Notes: a model not told the origin generated them from the sequence alone. DNA of 43,233 bases from Chloroflexota bacterium (GCA_005880445.1 VBGJ01000152.1:1-43233), one strand, 5' to 3'. Counted from the stretch's first letter, positions 9,699 to 18,713 are shown. Program-made: numbers and translations.

Positions 9699-10486
9699 TG
9701 GCTGAGCGCGTCGAGAGCTTTCGCCTCAAACGGCCCGATGAGATCGAGAAGATGCGGGCGGCGGGGCGCATCCTCGGCGCGTGCCTGGCGCACGTCGCGG
9801 CCGCGGTTCGCCCGGGGATCACCACGCTCGATCTCGACCGTGAAGCGGACACGTTCATCCGTGACCACGGATGCATCCCCGGCTTCATCGGCTACAACAA
9901 CTTTCCGAACGCGCTGTGTGTGTCCGTCGACGACGAGGTGGTGCACGGAATCCCGGGCAAACGTGTCCTGCGCGACGGCAACCTCGTCTCGCTGGACTGC
10001 GGCCTCATTCTCGACGGGTGGTGGGCCGACAGCGGCCTGTCGGTGCCGTGCGGTGAGCCGGCAGATGGGGTGCGCCGGCTCATCGATGTGACGCGCACCG
10101 CGCTCGACCACGGCATCGCCGCAGCGCAGCCGGGCCATCACATCGGTGACATCGGGCATGCGGTACAGACGTACGTCGAGTCCGAGGGGTACTCGGTGGT
10201 GCGTCAGTATGTCGGCCACGGAATCGGACGGAATATGCACGAGCCGCCCCAGGTCCCCAACTACGGCCGGCCCGGGTCGGGGAATCTGATCAAGCCGGGC
10301 TATGTGCTCGCCATCGAGCCGATGGTGAATGCAGGCGACCCCGAGGTTCACGTCCTCGAGGACGGATGGACAGTCGTCACCGACGACGGACGCCTCAGCT
10401 CCTATGCCGAGCACACAGTCGCGATCACCGAGGATGGCCCCCAGGTGCTGACGCTCCGGCCCGAGCCGGCTGTCGCCGAACGGTGA
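9695..10486 (+). CDS. map: Type I methionine aminopeptidase
   Basis: VVHGIPG...LVSLDCG...DGWWADSG...GHGIGRNMHEPPQVPNYG...LAIEPMVN...SSYAEHTVAIT; the metal-ligand pattern D, D, H, E, E is present. ATGA overlap with adk. Confidence 0.95.
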   Translation: MMAERVESFRLKRPDEIEKMRAAGRILGACLAHVAAAVRPGITTLDLDREADTFIRDHGCIPGFIGYNNFPNALCVSVDDEVVHGIPGKRVLRDGNLVSLDCGLILDGWWADSGLSVPCGEPADGVRRLIDVTRTALDHGIAAAQPGHHIGDIGHAVQTYVESEGYSVVRQYVGHGIGRNMHEPPQVPNYGRPGSGNLIKPGYVLAIEPMVNAGDPEVHVLEDGWTVVTDDGRLSSYAEHTVAITEDGPQVLTLRPEPAVAER

Positions 10487-10512
10487 GCCGCCGGGCCGCC
10501 CCCGACAACGGG

Positions 10513-10518
10513 TATAAT
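10513..10518 (+). promoter_or_regulatory. Possible -10 hexamer (TATAAT) for rpmJ and the alpha operon
   Basis: A perfect TATAAT sits in an otherwise GC-rich 192-nt spacer between map and rpmJ, 160 nt upstream of the rpmJ ATG. I found no convincing -35 element. Confidence 0.25.
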
Positions 10519-10678
10519 TCGCATTCGCGGCCTTGCACGGCCCGTTTTCGTGTGCCCATGAAGGGGCATATTGGAAGGCGGATGGTCGCTGCCGGATACC
10601 GGCTCGGTGCCGGCCACGCATCCATCCACATCAGCCATGGCGGGGCCCCGCCCCGCAGAGGAGCCAGCGACATTCGAC

Positions 10679-10792
10679 ATGAAGGTACGGGCATCGGTCA
10701 AGCGCATGTGTGACCGCTGCAAGATCATCAAGCGCCACGGCGCGGTTCGGGTGATCTGCGACAACCCCAAGCACAAGCAGCGGCAGGGGTAG
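10679..10792 (+). CDS. rpmJ: 50S ribosomal protein L36 (zinc-binding form)
   Basis: 37 aa, [43 protein letters not shown] lies upstream. The ORF-track start at 10571 is an upstream artefact. Confidence 0.96.
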   Translation: MKVRASVKRMCDRCKIIKRHGAVRVICDNPKHKQRQG

Positions 10793-10801
10793 GGCGGAGC
10801 T

Positions 10802-11188
10802 GTGGCACGCATTGCAGGCGTCGACATTCCGCGCGACAAGCGGATCGAGATCGGGCTGACCTACATCTACGGGATCGGTGTCACCACCTCGAAACGCATC
10901 CTGTCGCTCGCCGGCGTGTCGCCCGACGTGCGCGTCAAGGACTTGAACGACGCGCAAGTGGGCAAGCTGCGTGACGTCATCGCCAAGCAGCTGCAAGGGC
11001 GCGTCGAGGGAGACCTGCGCCGGCAGATCGCGCTCAACATCAAGCGGCTGATCGAGATCGGCACGTACCGCGGGCAGCGCCATCGTCGCGGGCTGCCGGT
11101 GAGAGGACAGCGGACCCGCACCAACGCGCGCAGCCGTCGCGGACCCAAGAAGACCGTGGGCGTGCGCCGCAAGAAGGCGACGAAGTGA
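10802..11188 (+). CDS. rpsM: 30S ribosomal protein S13
   Basis: GTG start. [34 protein letters not shown]...[31 protein letters not shown]. Confidence 0.97.
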   Translation: MARIAGVDIPRDKRIEIGLTYIYGIGVTTSKRILSLAGVSPDVRVKDLNDAQVGKLRDVIAKQLQGRVEGDLRRQIALNIKRLIEIGTYRGQRHRRGLPVRGQRTRTNARSRRGPKKTVGVRRKKATK

Positions 11189-11198
11189 TCGGCTGAGC

Positions 11199-11594
11199 AT
11201 GGCCAAGAAGAAGAAGAACGTCCGCACCCGTCGCCGCGAGCGCAAGAACATCGCGGTCGGCCACGCGCACGTGCTGGCGACGTTCAACAACACGATCGTC
11301 AGCCTCACCGATCCCGAGGGCAACGTTCTCGCCTGGGGCTCGGCGGGCGCGCAGGGCTTCAAGGGCTCCCGCAAGAGCACCCCGTTCGCGGCGCAGGTCA
11401 CCGCCGAGGGCGCGGCGCGGAAGGCGATGGAGCACGGGCTTCGGCAGGTCGAGATCTTCGTCAAGGGTCCGGGAGCCGGACGCGAGGCCGCCATCCGCAG
11501 CCTGCAGGCGTCTGGACTCGACGTGACCGCCATCTCCGACGTGACCCCAATCCCCCACAACGGCTGCCGTCCGCCGAAGCGGCGGCGCGTGTAG
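11199..11594 (+). CDS. rpsK: 30S ribosomal protein S11
   Basis: [45 protein letters not shown]...[44 protein letters not shown]. Confidence 0.97.
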   Translation: MAKKKKNVRTRRRERKNIAVGHAHVLATFNNTIVSLTDPEGNVLAWGSAGAQGFKGSRKSTPFAAQVTAEGAARKAMEHGLRQVEIFVKGPGAGREAAIRSLQASGLDVTAISDVTPIPHNGCRPPKRRRV

Positions 11595-11602
11595 GGCGTC
11601 TG

Positions 11603-12232
11603 GTGGCGAACCAGTCCGGTCCCGTCTGCCGTCTCTGCCGGCGTGAGGGCGCCAAGCTCTACCTAAAAGGCGCGAAGTGCATCACCAACTGCACGTTCGA
11701 CAAGCGAAGCGGCCTGCTTCCTGGACAGCACGGCCTGGCCCGGCGTCGCAAGGCGAGTGATTACGGCATCCAGCTTCGCGCGAAGCAGCGCGCGCGGCGC
11801 TTGTACGGCGTGCTGGAAACGCAGTTCCGGCACTACTTCGATCGCGCCGAGCGCAGCGGCGGCGTCACGGGCACGGTCCTGCTGCAGCAGCTCGAGCGCC
11901 GGCTCGACAACGTGGTGTACCGGCTGGGCCTCGCGGCGTCACGTCGGGAGGCGCGCCAGCTGGTCAGCCACCGCCACTTCATCGTGAACGGCCGTCCCGT
12001 GAACATTCCGTCCGCGCAGGTGCGCCCCGGCGACGTCGTCGAGGTGCGTGAGAAGAGCCGCAAGATCCTGCCGGTCGAGAACGCGCAGCAGCTTGTGCAG
12101 AGCCGCGCCGTCCCCGATTGGCTCACGCTCGATGCGGAACATCTCCGCGGCACGATCGTGCGTCTTCCCGAGCGCCAGGAGATGGAGTCGGCCGTGGATG
12201 AGCAGTTGATTGTGGAGTACTACTCGAGATGA
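11603..12232 (+). CDS. rpsD: 30S ribosomal protein S4 (Cys-rich N-terminus)
   Basis: GTG start. GPVCRLCRREGAKLYLKGAKCITNC...QLRAKQRARRLYGVLETQFRHYF...S4 domain RLDNVVYRLGLAASRREARQLVSHRHFIVNGRPVNIPS. Confidence 0.96.
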   Translation: MANQSGPVCRLCRREGAKLYLKGAKCITNCTFDKRSGLLPGQHGLARRRKASDYGIQLRAKQRARRLYGVLETQFRHYFDRAERSGGVTGTVLLQQLERRLDNVVYRLGLAASRREARQLVSHRHFIVNGRPVNIPSAQVRPGDVVEVREKSRKILPVENAQQLVQSRAVPDWLTLDAEHLRGTIVRLPERQEMESAVDEQLIVEYYSR

Positions 12233-12268
12233 CGCCGATGGCGCCATTCACTTCCCTGGAGATACCTA

Positions 12269-13243
12269 ATGGCAGTTGACCTGATCACCGCTCCCGCCGT
12301 TCGTGAGGTCGAGAGCGGAACCGACTATGGCAAGTTCGAGATCGAGCCACTGGAGCCTGGCTTCGGCACCACGCTCGGCAACTCGCTGCGCAGGGTGCTG
12401 CTCTCGTCGTTGCCGGGTGCGGCCATCACATCGGTGTCCATCGACGGCGTGGCCCACGAGTTCAGTGCGATTCCTCATGTGAAGGAAGACGTGACCGAGG
12501 TCCTTCTCAACATCAAGGAAATAAACGTCATCTCGCACAGCAACGATCCCGTGCGCATCTCGCTTGACGTCCGCGGCCCGAAAGACGTCGTCGCGGGTGA
12601 CATCGAGACCTCGAGCGATGTGGAGATTCGCAATCCCCAGCAGCACATCGCCACGCTCGATTCGCCGAAGGGGCAGCTGCGCATCGATCTCATGGTGGAG
12701 CGCGGCAAGGGGTACGTCCCGGCTGAGCGAGGCAAGAAAGAAGGGCAGCCGATCGGCGTCATCCGCCTCGACTCGATCTTCACGCCGGTGCGCAAAGCCA
12801 ACTTCTCGGTCGAAAAGACTCGCGTCGGACAGGAGACGGAGTGGGATCGGCTCATCGTCGAGGTATGGACCGACGGCACGCTCGCGCCGGTTGAGGCGGT
12901 GAGTCAGGCGGCTTCGCTGTTCACGGAGCATCTCGATCTCTTCGTGCGCTTCGGCGACAACCTGGAAGCCCCGCAGACACGGCAGACGCGCGGCAACGAC
13001 CTCCCCAGCCGCCTCGCGGACGTGCCCATCGAGGATCTCGAGCTGTCGGTGCGCGCACTCAACTGTCTCAAGGCGAACGACATCACGAAGGTGGGCCAGC
13101 TCGTCGCCATGAAGCAGGAGGAGCTGCTCACACTACGCAACTTCGGACAGAAGTCACTCGAAGAGATCCGCGAGAAGCTCGTGGAGCGAGGGTTTGTGAC
13201 ACCGGAGGAGCTCGAGACGCTCTTCCAACCGATGGGGCGCTGA
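12269..13243 (+). CDS. rpoA: DNA-directed RNA polymerase subunit alpha
   Basis: EPLEPGFGTTLGNSLRRVLLSSLPGAAITSVSIDGVAHEFS... plus the C-terminal domain IEDLELSVRALNCLKANDITKVGQLV...LLTLRNFGQKSLEEI. Confidence 0.97.
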   Translation: MAVDLITAPAVREVESGTDYGKFEIEPLEPGFGTTLGNSLRRVLLSSLPGAAITSVSIDGVAHEFSAIPHVKEDVTEVLLNIKEINVISHSNDPVRISLDVRGPKDVVAGDIETSSDVEIRNPQQHIATLDSPKGQLRIDLMVERGKGYVPAERGKKEGQPIGVIRLDSIFTPVRKANFSVEKTRVGQETEWDRLIVEVWTDGTLAPVEAVSQAASLFTEHLDLFVRFGDNLEAPQTRQTRGNDLPSRLADVPIEDLELSVRALNCLKANDITKVGQLVAMKQEELLTLRNFGQKSLEEIREKLVERGFVTPEELETLFQPMGR

Positions 13244-13253
13244 GCCAGTCGCC

Positions 13254-13607
13254 ATGCGCCACCGTATCGCCGGTCGCAAGTTCGGGCGCAGCGCCGCGCA
13301 TCGACAGGCGATGACGCGCAACCAGGTCACCGCGTTGCTGCGTCACGGCCGTATCACCACCACCGAGGCGAAGGCGAAAGAGCTGCGCCGCTGGGTGGAG
13401 CGGGTGATCACGGATGCCAAGCCGGATGATGTCAGTGCACGGCGGCGTGTCGCCCAGTACGTGAACGATCGAGAGGTCAGCAAGAGGCTGTTCACCACCT
13501 ACCTGGAGCGGTATCGCGACCGGCCTGGTGGCTATACGCGCGTGGTCAAGCTCACACCGCGAAGCAGCGACAACGCGCCCATGGCGATCATCGAGCTGGT
13601 GGAGTAA
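13254..13607 (+). CDS. rplQ: 50S ribosomal protein L17
   Basis: MRHRIAGRKFGRSAAHRQAMTRNQVTALLRHGRITTTEAKAKELRRWVERVIT...GGYTRVVKLTPRSSDNAPMAIIELV. Confidence 0.97.
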   Translation: MRHRIAGRKFGRSAAHRQAMTRNQVTALLRHGRITTTEAKAKELRRWVERVITDAKPDDVSARRRVAQYVNDREVSKRLFTTYLERYRDRPGGYTRVVKLTPRSSDNAPMAIIELVE

Positions 13608-13610
13608 TCG

Positions 13611-14408
13611 ATGCCGACGTACCGTCTCACCGTCGAGTACGACGGCACCGACTTTCACGGCTGGCAGGCGCAACCGCAGGCGCGCACGGTCGCCGGGACG
13701 CTTCTCGATGCCGTCCATCAACTGACCGGGCAGCACGCCCAGCTCAGCGCGGCGGGACGTACCGATGCCGGCGCGCACGCGCACGGCCAGGTTGCCGGCA
13801 TCGTGCTGGAGCAGGAGTGGGATCCGGTTCGCCTCCAAGCCGGCCTCAACGCGCTGCTGCCGGCCGACGTCGTGGTGGTCGACGTGGAGATCCGCGCGGC
13901 CGGCTTTCACGCCCGGCGCGACGCTGTGAGCCGCACCTATCGGTACGTGGTGGTGAGCCGCGCGGACCGCGCGGCGGTCACCCGCCGGCACGCCTGGACC
14001 GTGCGAGGCCCGCTCGATCTCGCGGCCATGCGCGCGGCCGCCGCGACACTCGTCGGTCCGCACGATTTCGCTGCCTTCGGTCGCGCGCCCGAACCGGGTG
14101 GCCGGACTGTGCGCACCGTGTACGAGGTCAAGGTGGACGGCGTTTCGGTCGATGGCGGCGGGGCCAGCATCGACGGAGCGGTGATCACGGTGCGGGCGAA
14201 CGCATTCCTGCGGGGGATGATGCGGGCGTTCGCAAGCGTGCTGGTTGCGGTGGGGCAGGGCCGGCACGCGCCGGATTGGGTGCACGAGCTGCTCACCGGC
14301 CCGGAGAGCACGGCGCCGCCCCTGCAGCCGGCGCCTGCGCACGGTCTGCATCAGTGGGCCGTCGAGTATCCGTGGGAGACGGTGGTGGCACCGGCGGTCG
14401 CCGCATGA
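13611..14408 (+). CDS. truA: tRNA pseudouridine(38-40) synthase TruA
   Basis: YRLTVEYDGTDFHGWQAQP...AGRTDAGAHAHGQV (catalytic Asp context)...HDFAAF...ANAFLRGMMR. Typical position after rplQ. Confidence 0.93.
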   Translation: MPTYRLTVEYDGTDFHGWQAQPQARTVAGTLLDAVHQLTGQHAQLSAAGRTDAGAHAHGQVAGIVLEQEWDPVRLQAGLNALLPADVVVVDVEIRAAGFHARRDAVSRTYRYVVVSRADRAAVTRRHAWTVRGPLDLAAMRAAAATLVGPHDFAAFGRAPEPGGRTVRTVYEVKVDGVSVDGGGASIDGAVITVRANAFLRGMMRAFASVLVAVGQGRHAPDWVHELLTGPESTAPPLQPAPAHGLHQWAVEYPWETVVAPAVAA

Positions 14409-14875
14409 CGCAGGTCACGTTCCAGGCGACGCCGGGTACCGTGGAGACGCGGTGGTATCTCGTTGATGCACGCGGGCAGACGCTGGGTCGTCTCGCGGTG
14501 AATGTCGCACGCATTTTGCGCGGCAAGCATCGCCCGCAGTTCACGACGCACGTGAACACAGGCGAGCACGTCATCGTCGTCAACGCGCGCGACATCGTGG
14601 TGACAGGTCGCAAGCGGTCGTTGAAGACCTATGACCGCTACTCTGGATATCCGTCTGGGCGGCGCACCCGCACATACGACGAGGCGGTGCAGCGCGACCC
14701 AACGTTCCCCCTGATGCACGCGGTCCGTGGCATGCTGCAGCACAACACGCTCGGCGCCGAGCAGCTGAAGAGGCTGCGCGTCTACCCCGGATCAGAGCAT
14801 CCGCATGAGGCGCAGCGGCCTCAGAAGATCACGTTCGGAGAATTGGGAGAGATCATCGTTGCCGGCAACCGCTGA
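14405..14875 (+). CDS. rplM: 50S ribosomal protein L13
   Basis: The ATG at 14405 overlaps the truA stop (ATGA). [46 protein letters not shown]...YSGYPSG...[20 protein letters not shown]. The upstream part of ORF 13817..14875 is an alternative frame of truA. Confidence 0.96.
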   Translation: MTQVTFQATPGTVETRWYLVDARGQTLGRLAVNVARILRGKHRPQFTTHVNTGEHVIVVNARDIVVTGRKRSLKTYDRYSGYPSGRRTRTYDEAVQRDPTFPLMHAVRGMLQHNTLGAEQLKRLRVYPGSEHPHEAQRPQKITFGELGEIIVAGNR

Positions 14876-15263
14876 GCCCACCTACAGCTATGGCACCGGA
14901 CGTCGGAAGACGTCGGTCGCGCGTGTGCGATTGACACCGGGTGACGGCGTGCTGATCATCAACAGCCGTCCCCCGAGCGAGTATTTCGGCCGCCGGGACT
15001 TGGAGACGGTGGTCACGCAGCCGCTTCGCGTCACCGACACCCTCGGACGGTTCGAAGCGACCATCCATGTGGAGGGTGGAGGCATCGCAGGGCAGGCCGG
15101 CGCAGTCTGTCACGGCATCGCGCGGGCACTTGTCGCAGCCGACCCAGAGCTGCGCATCCCGTTGAAGCGCGCCGGATTGCTGACCCGCGATCCGCGCGAG
15201 AAGGAACGCAAGAAGTACGGCCTCAAGCGGGCGCGCAAGGCTCCGCAGTACACCAAGCGTTAG
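14859..15263 (+). CDS. rpsI: 30S ribosomal protein S9
   Basis: [20 protein letters not shown]...[19 protein letters not shown]...[28 protein letters not shown] prefer the TTG at 14859, which has GGGAGAG 8 nt upstream. The ORF-track ATG at 14805 would overlap rplM by 71 nt; the start is uncertain. Confidence 0.94.
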   Translation: MPATAEPTYSYGTGRRKTSVARVRLTPGDGVLIINSRPPSEYFGRRDLETVVTQPLRVTDTLGRFEATIHVEGGGIAGQAGAVCHGIARALVAADPELRIPLKRAGLLTRDPREKERKKYGLKRARKAPQYTKR

Positions 15264-15299
15264 CAGCGTCCCGGTAATGCATTACCGAGACATGCTGCT
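15262..15299 (+). terminator. Hairpin immediately after the rpsI stop (perfect 16-nt palindrome CGGTAATGCATTACCG flanked by AGCAGC/GCTGCT)
   Basis: Perfect palindrome at 15272-15287. The outer 6-bp complementarity is 15262-15267 with 15294-15299. It sits at the end of the truA-rplM-rpsI unit. There is no U-tract, so a terminator function is only inferred. Confidence 0.35.
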
Positions 15300-15341
15300 G
15301 GTGGCCGGGCCGCAGGCGCTGCCTCCACTACCGCCGCTGCC

Positions 15342-16094
15342 ATGAAGGGAGTGATCCTCGCCGGCGGCACGGGGACCCGGCTGCACCCGCTCACACGTAT
15401 CACAAACAAGCACCTGCTGCCGATCTACGACCGGCCGATGGTCACGTACGCGATCGAGGCGCTCGTTGGCGCGGGGGTGAAGGACGTGATGCTGGTGACG
15501 GGCGGCACGCATGCCGGGGAGTTCCTGCGCCTCCTGGGCAACGGACACGACTACGGGCTCGACCGCCTGTTCTACGCGATGCAGGACAAAGCGGGAGGCA
15601 TCGCCGAGGCGCTCGGCCTGGCAGAACGATTCGTCGCTCGCGATCGCGTTGTCGTCATGCTTGCAGACAATGTCGTCGAATACTCGATCGATGCGGCGAT
15701 TCGCAATTTCGAGCAGCAACCGCGTGGTGCGCGCATCCTGCTGTCCCGTGTCGACGAACCCGATCACCTGCATCATCTGGGAGTGCCGGCCATCGACGCA
15801 TCGGGTCGGGTCACCCGGATCGTGGAGAAACCCGATGATCCGCCGAGTCAGCTGGCCGTGACCGGCATCTATCTCTACGACGGCGATGTTTGGGATGTCA
15901 TCCCGTCGCTCGAGCCCTCTGGACGTGGGGAGCTCGAGATCACCGACGTCAACAACTGGTACGTGGAGCAGAGCACGATGGAATACGAGATTCTCGACGG
16001 GTTCTGGGGCGACGCCGGAGAATCGATCGACGCCTATTACGCCGTCAACGATTTCGTGCGCCAAAACGGTGCCAACAAGTCACGCCCCGACTGA
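15342..16094 (+). CDS. Sugar-1-phosphate nucleotidyltransferase (glucose-1-phosphate thymidylyl/uridylyltransferase-like, short form)
   Basis: MKGVILAGGTGTRLHPLTRITNKHLLPIYDRPM is the GGxGTRLxPLT nucleotidyltransferase signature. Also ...GGIAEALGLAE..., ...IVEKP..., ...EITDVN. Substrate cannot be assigned from sequence. Confidence 0.85.
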   Translation: MKGVILAGGTGTRLHPLTRITNKHLLPIYDRPMVTYAIEALVGAGVKDVMLVTGGTHAGEFLRLLGNGHDYGLDRLFYAMQDKAGGIAEALGLAERFVARDRVVVMLADNVVEYSIDAAIRNFEQQPRGARILLSRVDEPDHLHHLGVPAIDASGRVTRIVEKPDDPPSQLAVTGIYLYDGDVWDVIPSLEPSGRGELEITDVNNWYVEQSTMEYEILDGFWGDAGESIDAYYAVNDFVRQNGANKSRPD

Positions 16095-16110
16095 CGCGAG
16101 CGCAATCCGC

Positions 16111-16884
16111 GTGAGGAGCCGGCCCGCTCACCTGCGCACGAGGGTGCTCGGATGCCCTGTCGACGTGGTGAGCATTGAGCAGGCTGTGGCGTCACTCATC
16201 GACATGGTGCAGGCGCACCGCGACGATCCCAAGCGTCCCCCGGCACTCGTGATCACCCTCAACCCCGAGATGGTGATGCTGGCCCGGCGTGACGCCGAGT
16301 TTCGTCGCGCGATTGAGGCAGCGGCGCTTCTGGTCCCGGATGGCATCGGTCTGGTGCGAGCGCTTCGCCGCCGGGGTCACCAGACAGCGGTTCGGGTCGG
16401 CGGCACGGACATGCTGGCCAGCTACCTGCCACACGCAGTCAGGCTCGGACACCGCATAGCGTTCGCCGGCGCCGGTCCCGGCGTTGGCGCAGAGGCCGCG
16501 CGCCGCCTCTCGCAACGCGTGCCGGGTCTGCAGATCGTGGCGGTGGACGCGGGGCCGCCGGATGCCGCGACGGCAGAGCGGCTGAAGCCGGCTCACCCGG
16601 ACATGGTGTGGTCGGCTTTTGGCGCGGGAAGGCAGGAGCGGTTCGTGCTCGAGCACGTCGGCGCGGCTGGAGCCGGCGTGGGCATCGGCGTTGGGGGTGC
16701 ACTCGACTACTTCAGTGGGAGAACCCCCCGCGCTCCGGCGATGCTTCGCAGCGCCGGCCTCGAATGGGCCTGGCGTCTCGCGATCCAGCCATGGCGCTGG
16801 CGCCGCCAGCTCGTCCTGCCTGGGTTCTGGGTGCTGGAACGCGCCGAGGCCAGGCGCCACACCCGCGCCGCTCGAAGGGGGTGA
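16111..16884 (+). CDS. WecB/TagA/CpsF-family glycosyltransferase
   Basis: LNPEMVMLARRD...LLVPDGIGLV...GGTDML...FGAGRQERFV...GVGGALDYFSGRTPRAPAMLRSAGLEWAWRLAIQPWRWRR matches the family pattern, including the C-terminal EW..RL..P.R motif. The start is uncertain (GTG at 16111 or 16144). The ORF-track start at 15886 lies inside the previous gene. Confidence 0.85.
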   Translation: MRSRPAHLRTRVLGCPVDVVSIEQAVASLIDMVQAHRDDPKRPPALVITLNPEMVMLARRDAEFRRAIEAAALLVPDGIGLVRALRRRGHQTAVRVGGTDMLASYLPHAVRLGHRIAFAGAGPGVGAEAARRLSQRVPGLQIVAVDAGPPDAATAERLKPAHPDMVWSAFGAGRQERFVLEHVGAAGAGVGIGVGGALDYFSGRTPRAPAMLRSAGLEWAWRLAIQPWRWRRQLVLPGFWVLERAEARRHTRAARRG

Positions 16885-16888
16885 GCCA

Positions 16889-17593
16889 GTGCTGAGCCTT
16901 GTCATCCCCGCGTTCAACGAGGAGCTGCGGCTTCCCGCGACCCTCGAGCGCGTGCGGCAGTACCTCGACGGCACCGGCGAGCAATACGAGGTGATCGTGG
17001 TCGACGACGGCAGCCTCGACGGCACCGTCCGCGTCGCCGGGGCCGCGGCCGCCATCTGGCCGCAGCTGCGAGTGATCCCGTTGCCCCGCAACCTCGGCAA
17101 GGGAGCCGCGGTCCGCGCGGGGATGCTGGCGTCAGGCGGCGAGGTCCGGGCGTTCAGCGACGCCGATCTCAGCACACCGATCGAGGAGCTGCCCAAGCTC
17201 CGAGAGCGGCTCGACAGCGCGTGCCAGGTCGTGATCGGATCCCGCGCCACGCCGGGTGCCGTGATCGAGGCGCATCAACCACGCCGGCGGGAGATGATGG
17301 GCCGCGCGTACAACCGGCTCCTGCGCGTCCTGGCCCTGCCCGGACTGCACGACACGCAATGCGGGTTCAAGGTGTTCACCGCGGAAGCCGCGGTGCGCTG
17401 CTTCGAGCCGTTGCGCACCCTTCGGTACGGGTTTGACGCCGAGGTGCTCCTGCGGGCCCGTCGTCTCGGGTACTCAGTGGCGGAGGTCCCGGTGCGCTGG
17501 GCGCACCGCGAGGACTCACGCGTGAGCCCGCTGCGCGACTCGGCGCACACCCTGTACGAGCTGGCCAGCCTGCGCTTCACGGTGCGCCGTTGA
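16889..17593 (+). CDS. Family 2 glycosyltransferase (polyprenyl/dolichyl-phosphate glycosyltransferase-like)
   Basis: GTG at 16889 preceded by GAAGGGGG. LSLVIPAFNEELRLPATLERVRQYL...YEVIVVDDGSLDGT...SDADLSTP...GLHDTQCGFKVF... The ORF-track start at 16619 overlaps the previous gene. Confidence 0.87.
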   Translation: MLSLVIPAFNEELRLPATLERVRQYLDGTGEQYEVIVVDDGSLDGTVRVAGAAAAIWPQLRVIPLPRNLGKGAAVRAGMLASGGEVRAFSDADLSTPIEELPKLRERLDSACQVVIGSRATPGAVIEAHQPRRREMMGRAYNRLLRVLALPGLHDTQCGFKVFTAEAAVRCFEPLRTLRYGFDAEVLLRARRLGYSVAEVPVRWAHREDSRVSPLRDSAHTLYELASLRFTVRR

Positions 17594-17615
17594 CCGCTGC
17601 CGGTATGCTCAACGC

Positions 17616-18713
17616 ATGACCGTCGCAGCGCAGCGCAGCGATCCGGTCGACGTTCGCGTCGCGGATTCGCCGCTGGTCGCGCTGCGGTTTTGGACCGATG
17701 CGCGGCTTGCAGACCTCGCCGAGGCCGGCGCTGAGGCCGAGCGCGAGCTCATCGACGCGACGGCGCGGCGGACGAACCTGAGGAATCATTTGCGGCGCAA
17801 CGACGAGACCCGTCGCCGCATGCTCGAAGCACTCGACCGGTACCCGATACGGGATGCGGTGCGTGCCTTTCACGATGGGCTGGCGCTGACCGGGGAGTTT
17901 GGACTCGTCGAGGAGCATATTGCATCGCTGAAGCGCCGGTGCGACGAGATCGCTGCAGAGCGCGAGACGCTCTCCCATGTGAGAGAGACGCTGCGTGCCA
18001 TCTCGAACACCGGCGGGCTGAGGGTGGACATGCGGTCCGCCCGTCTTAGCCGCGCAGCTCGTCGCATGTACCAGATGGTGGATGACGAGCACCAGGCCGT
18101 CGCTCGAACCATCCTCGACGGACCCATGCAGCGCCTGTCTGACGCAGCACTCGACGCGGAGCTCGTCGGACGCGCGCTGCCGCGAGACGTGCGAGCGGCT
18201 GCGGAGTATGCCGCCCGCTGTCACTCAGCCACCGTGGAGGCGGCGTCGGCGCTGCAGCGGCGCATCGAACGCCTCTGGCCGCTGGACGCCGATCACTCGC
18301 TGGTGCAGGCGGTCGACGATCTGCTCGCGGCAGCAGCCTCGAGTGGCGTCGGGACGCTGCACGTCGTCGGCGTGGAGCGCCGTCTGGATTCGCTGGTCGA
18401 GCTGTCCGCGTATCGCATCGTCGAGGCTGCCGTCGACAACGGGCTGCGCCACGGACGCGCGAGCCATGTCGACGTGGTGGTTGCATTCCATGCAGACCGG
18501 CTCTCGGTGCTCGTGCGCGACGATGGCGAGGGCTTCGACGTCAGCGCAACCGAAGCTCGCCTTGGGCGCACCCGCGGGCTCGGTCTGATCCAGATGCACG
18601 AGCGCGCTGCGCTGTCCGGGGGGCGGGTCGAGGTGCGCAGCATCACAGGTGAAGGCACCGAGGTCCGCGCGACACTCATGACGTCGCGTCAACCGAACGT
18701 CACCCCACGCTGA
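17616..18713 (+). CDS. Soluble histidine-kinase-like protein (HisKA_3-like dimerisation region plus HATPase_c) with a non-canonical H-box
   Basis: C-terminal ATPase boxes are present: N-box YRIVEAAVDNGLRHG, G1 VRDDGEGF, G2 GLGLIQMHERAALSGG, then GEGTEVRATL. The H-box-like segment reads QAVARTILDGPMQ, where NarL-class kinases have (I)AR(E/D)LHD. No TM segments are evident; the N-terminal ~150 aa look helical or coiled-coil. Confidence 0.75.
   Translation: MTVAAQRSDPVDVRVADSPLVALRFWTDARLADLAEAGAEAERELIDATARRTNLRNHLRRNDETRRRMLEALDRYPIRDAVRAFHDGLALTGEFGLVEEHIASLKRRCDEIAAERETLSHVRETLRAISNTGGLRVDMRSARLSRAARRMYQMVDDEHQAVARTILDGPMQRLSDAALDAELVGRALPRDVRAAAEYAARCHSATVEAASALQRRIERLWPLDADHSLVQAVDDLLAAAASSGVGTLHVVGVERRLDSLVELSAYRIVEAAVDNGLRHGRASHVDVVVAFHADRLSVLVRDDGEGFDVSATEARLGRTRGLGLIQMHERAALSGGRVEVRSITGEGTEVRATLMTSRQPNVTPR

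Noticed and set aside
10558-10650. Calling the map-rpmJ spacer an infA pseudogene.
   Set aside because: The IF-1-like traces (KADG, LPD, YRL..GH...HIS.G) are short, spread over three frames and made of residues common in GC-rich translations. Without a statistical alignment I cannot support more than 'infA is not here'.
13817-14404. An upstream extension of the rplM ORF (the track gives a 352-aa ORF).
   Set aside because: The first ~195 codons are an alternative frame of truA with Arg/Gly-rich junk. L13 homology begins at the ATG at 14405, which overlaps the truA stop.
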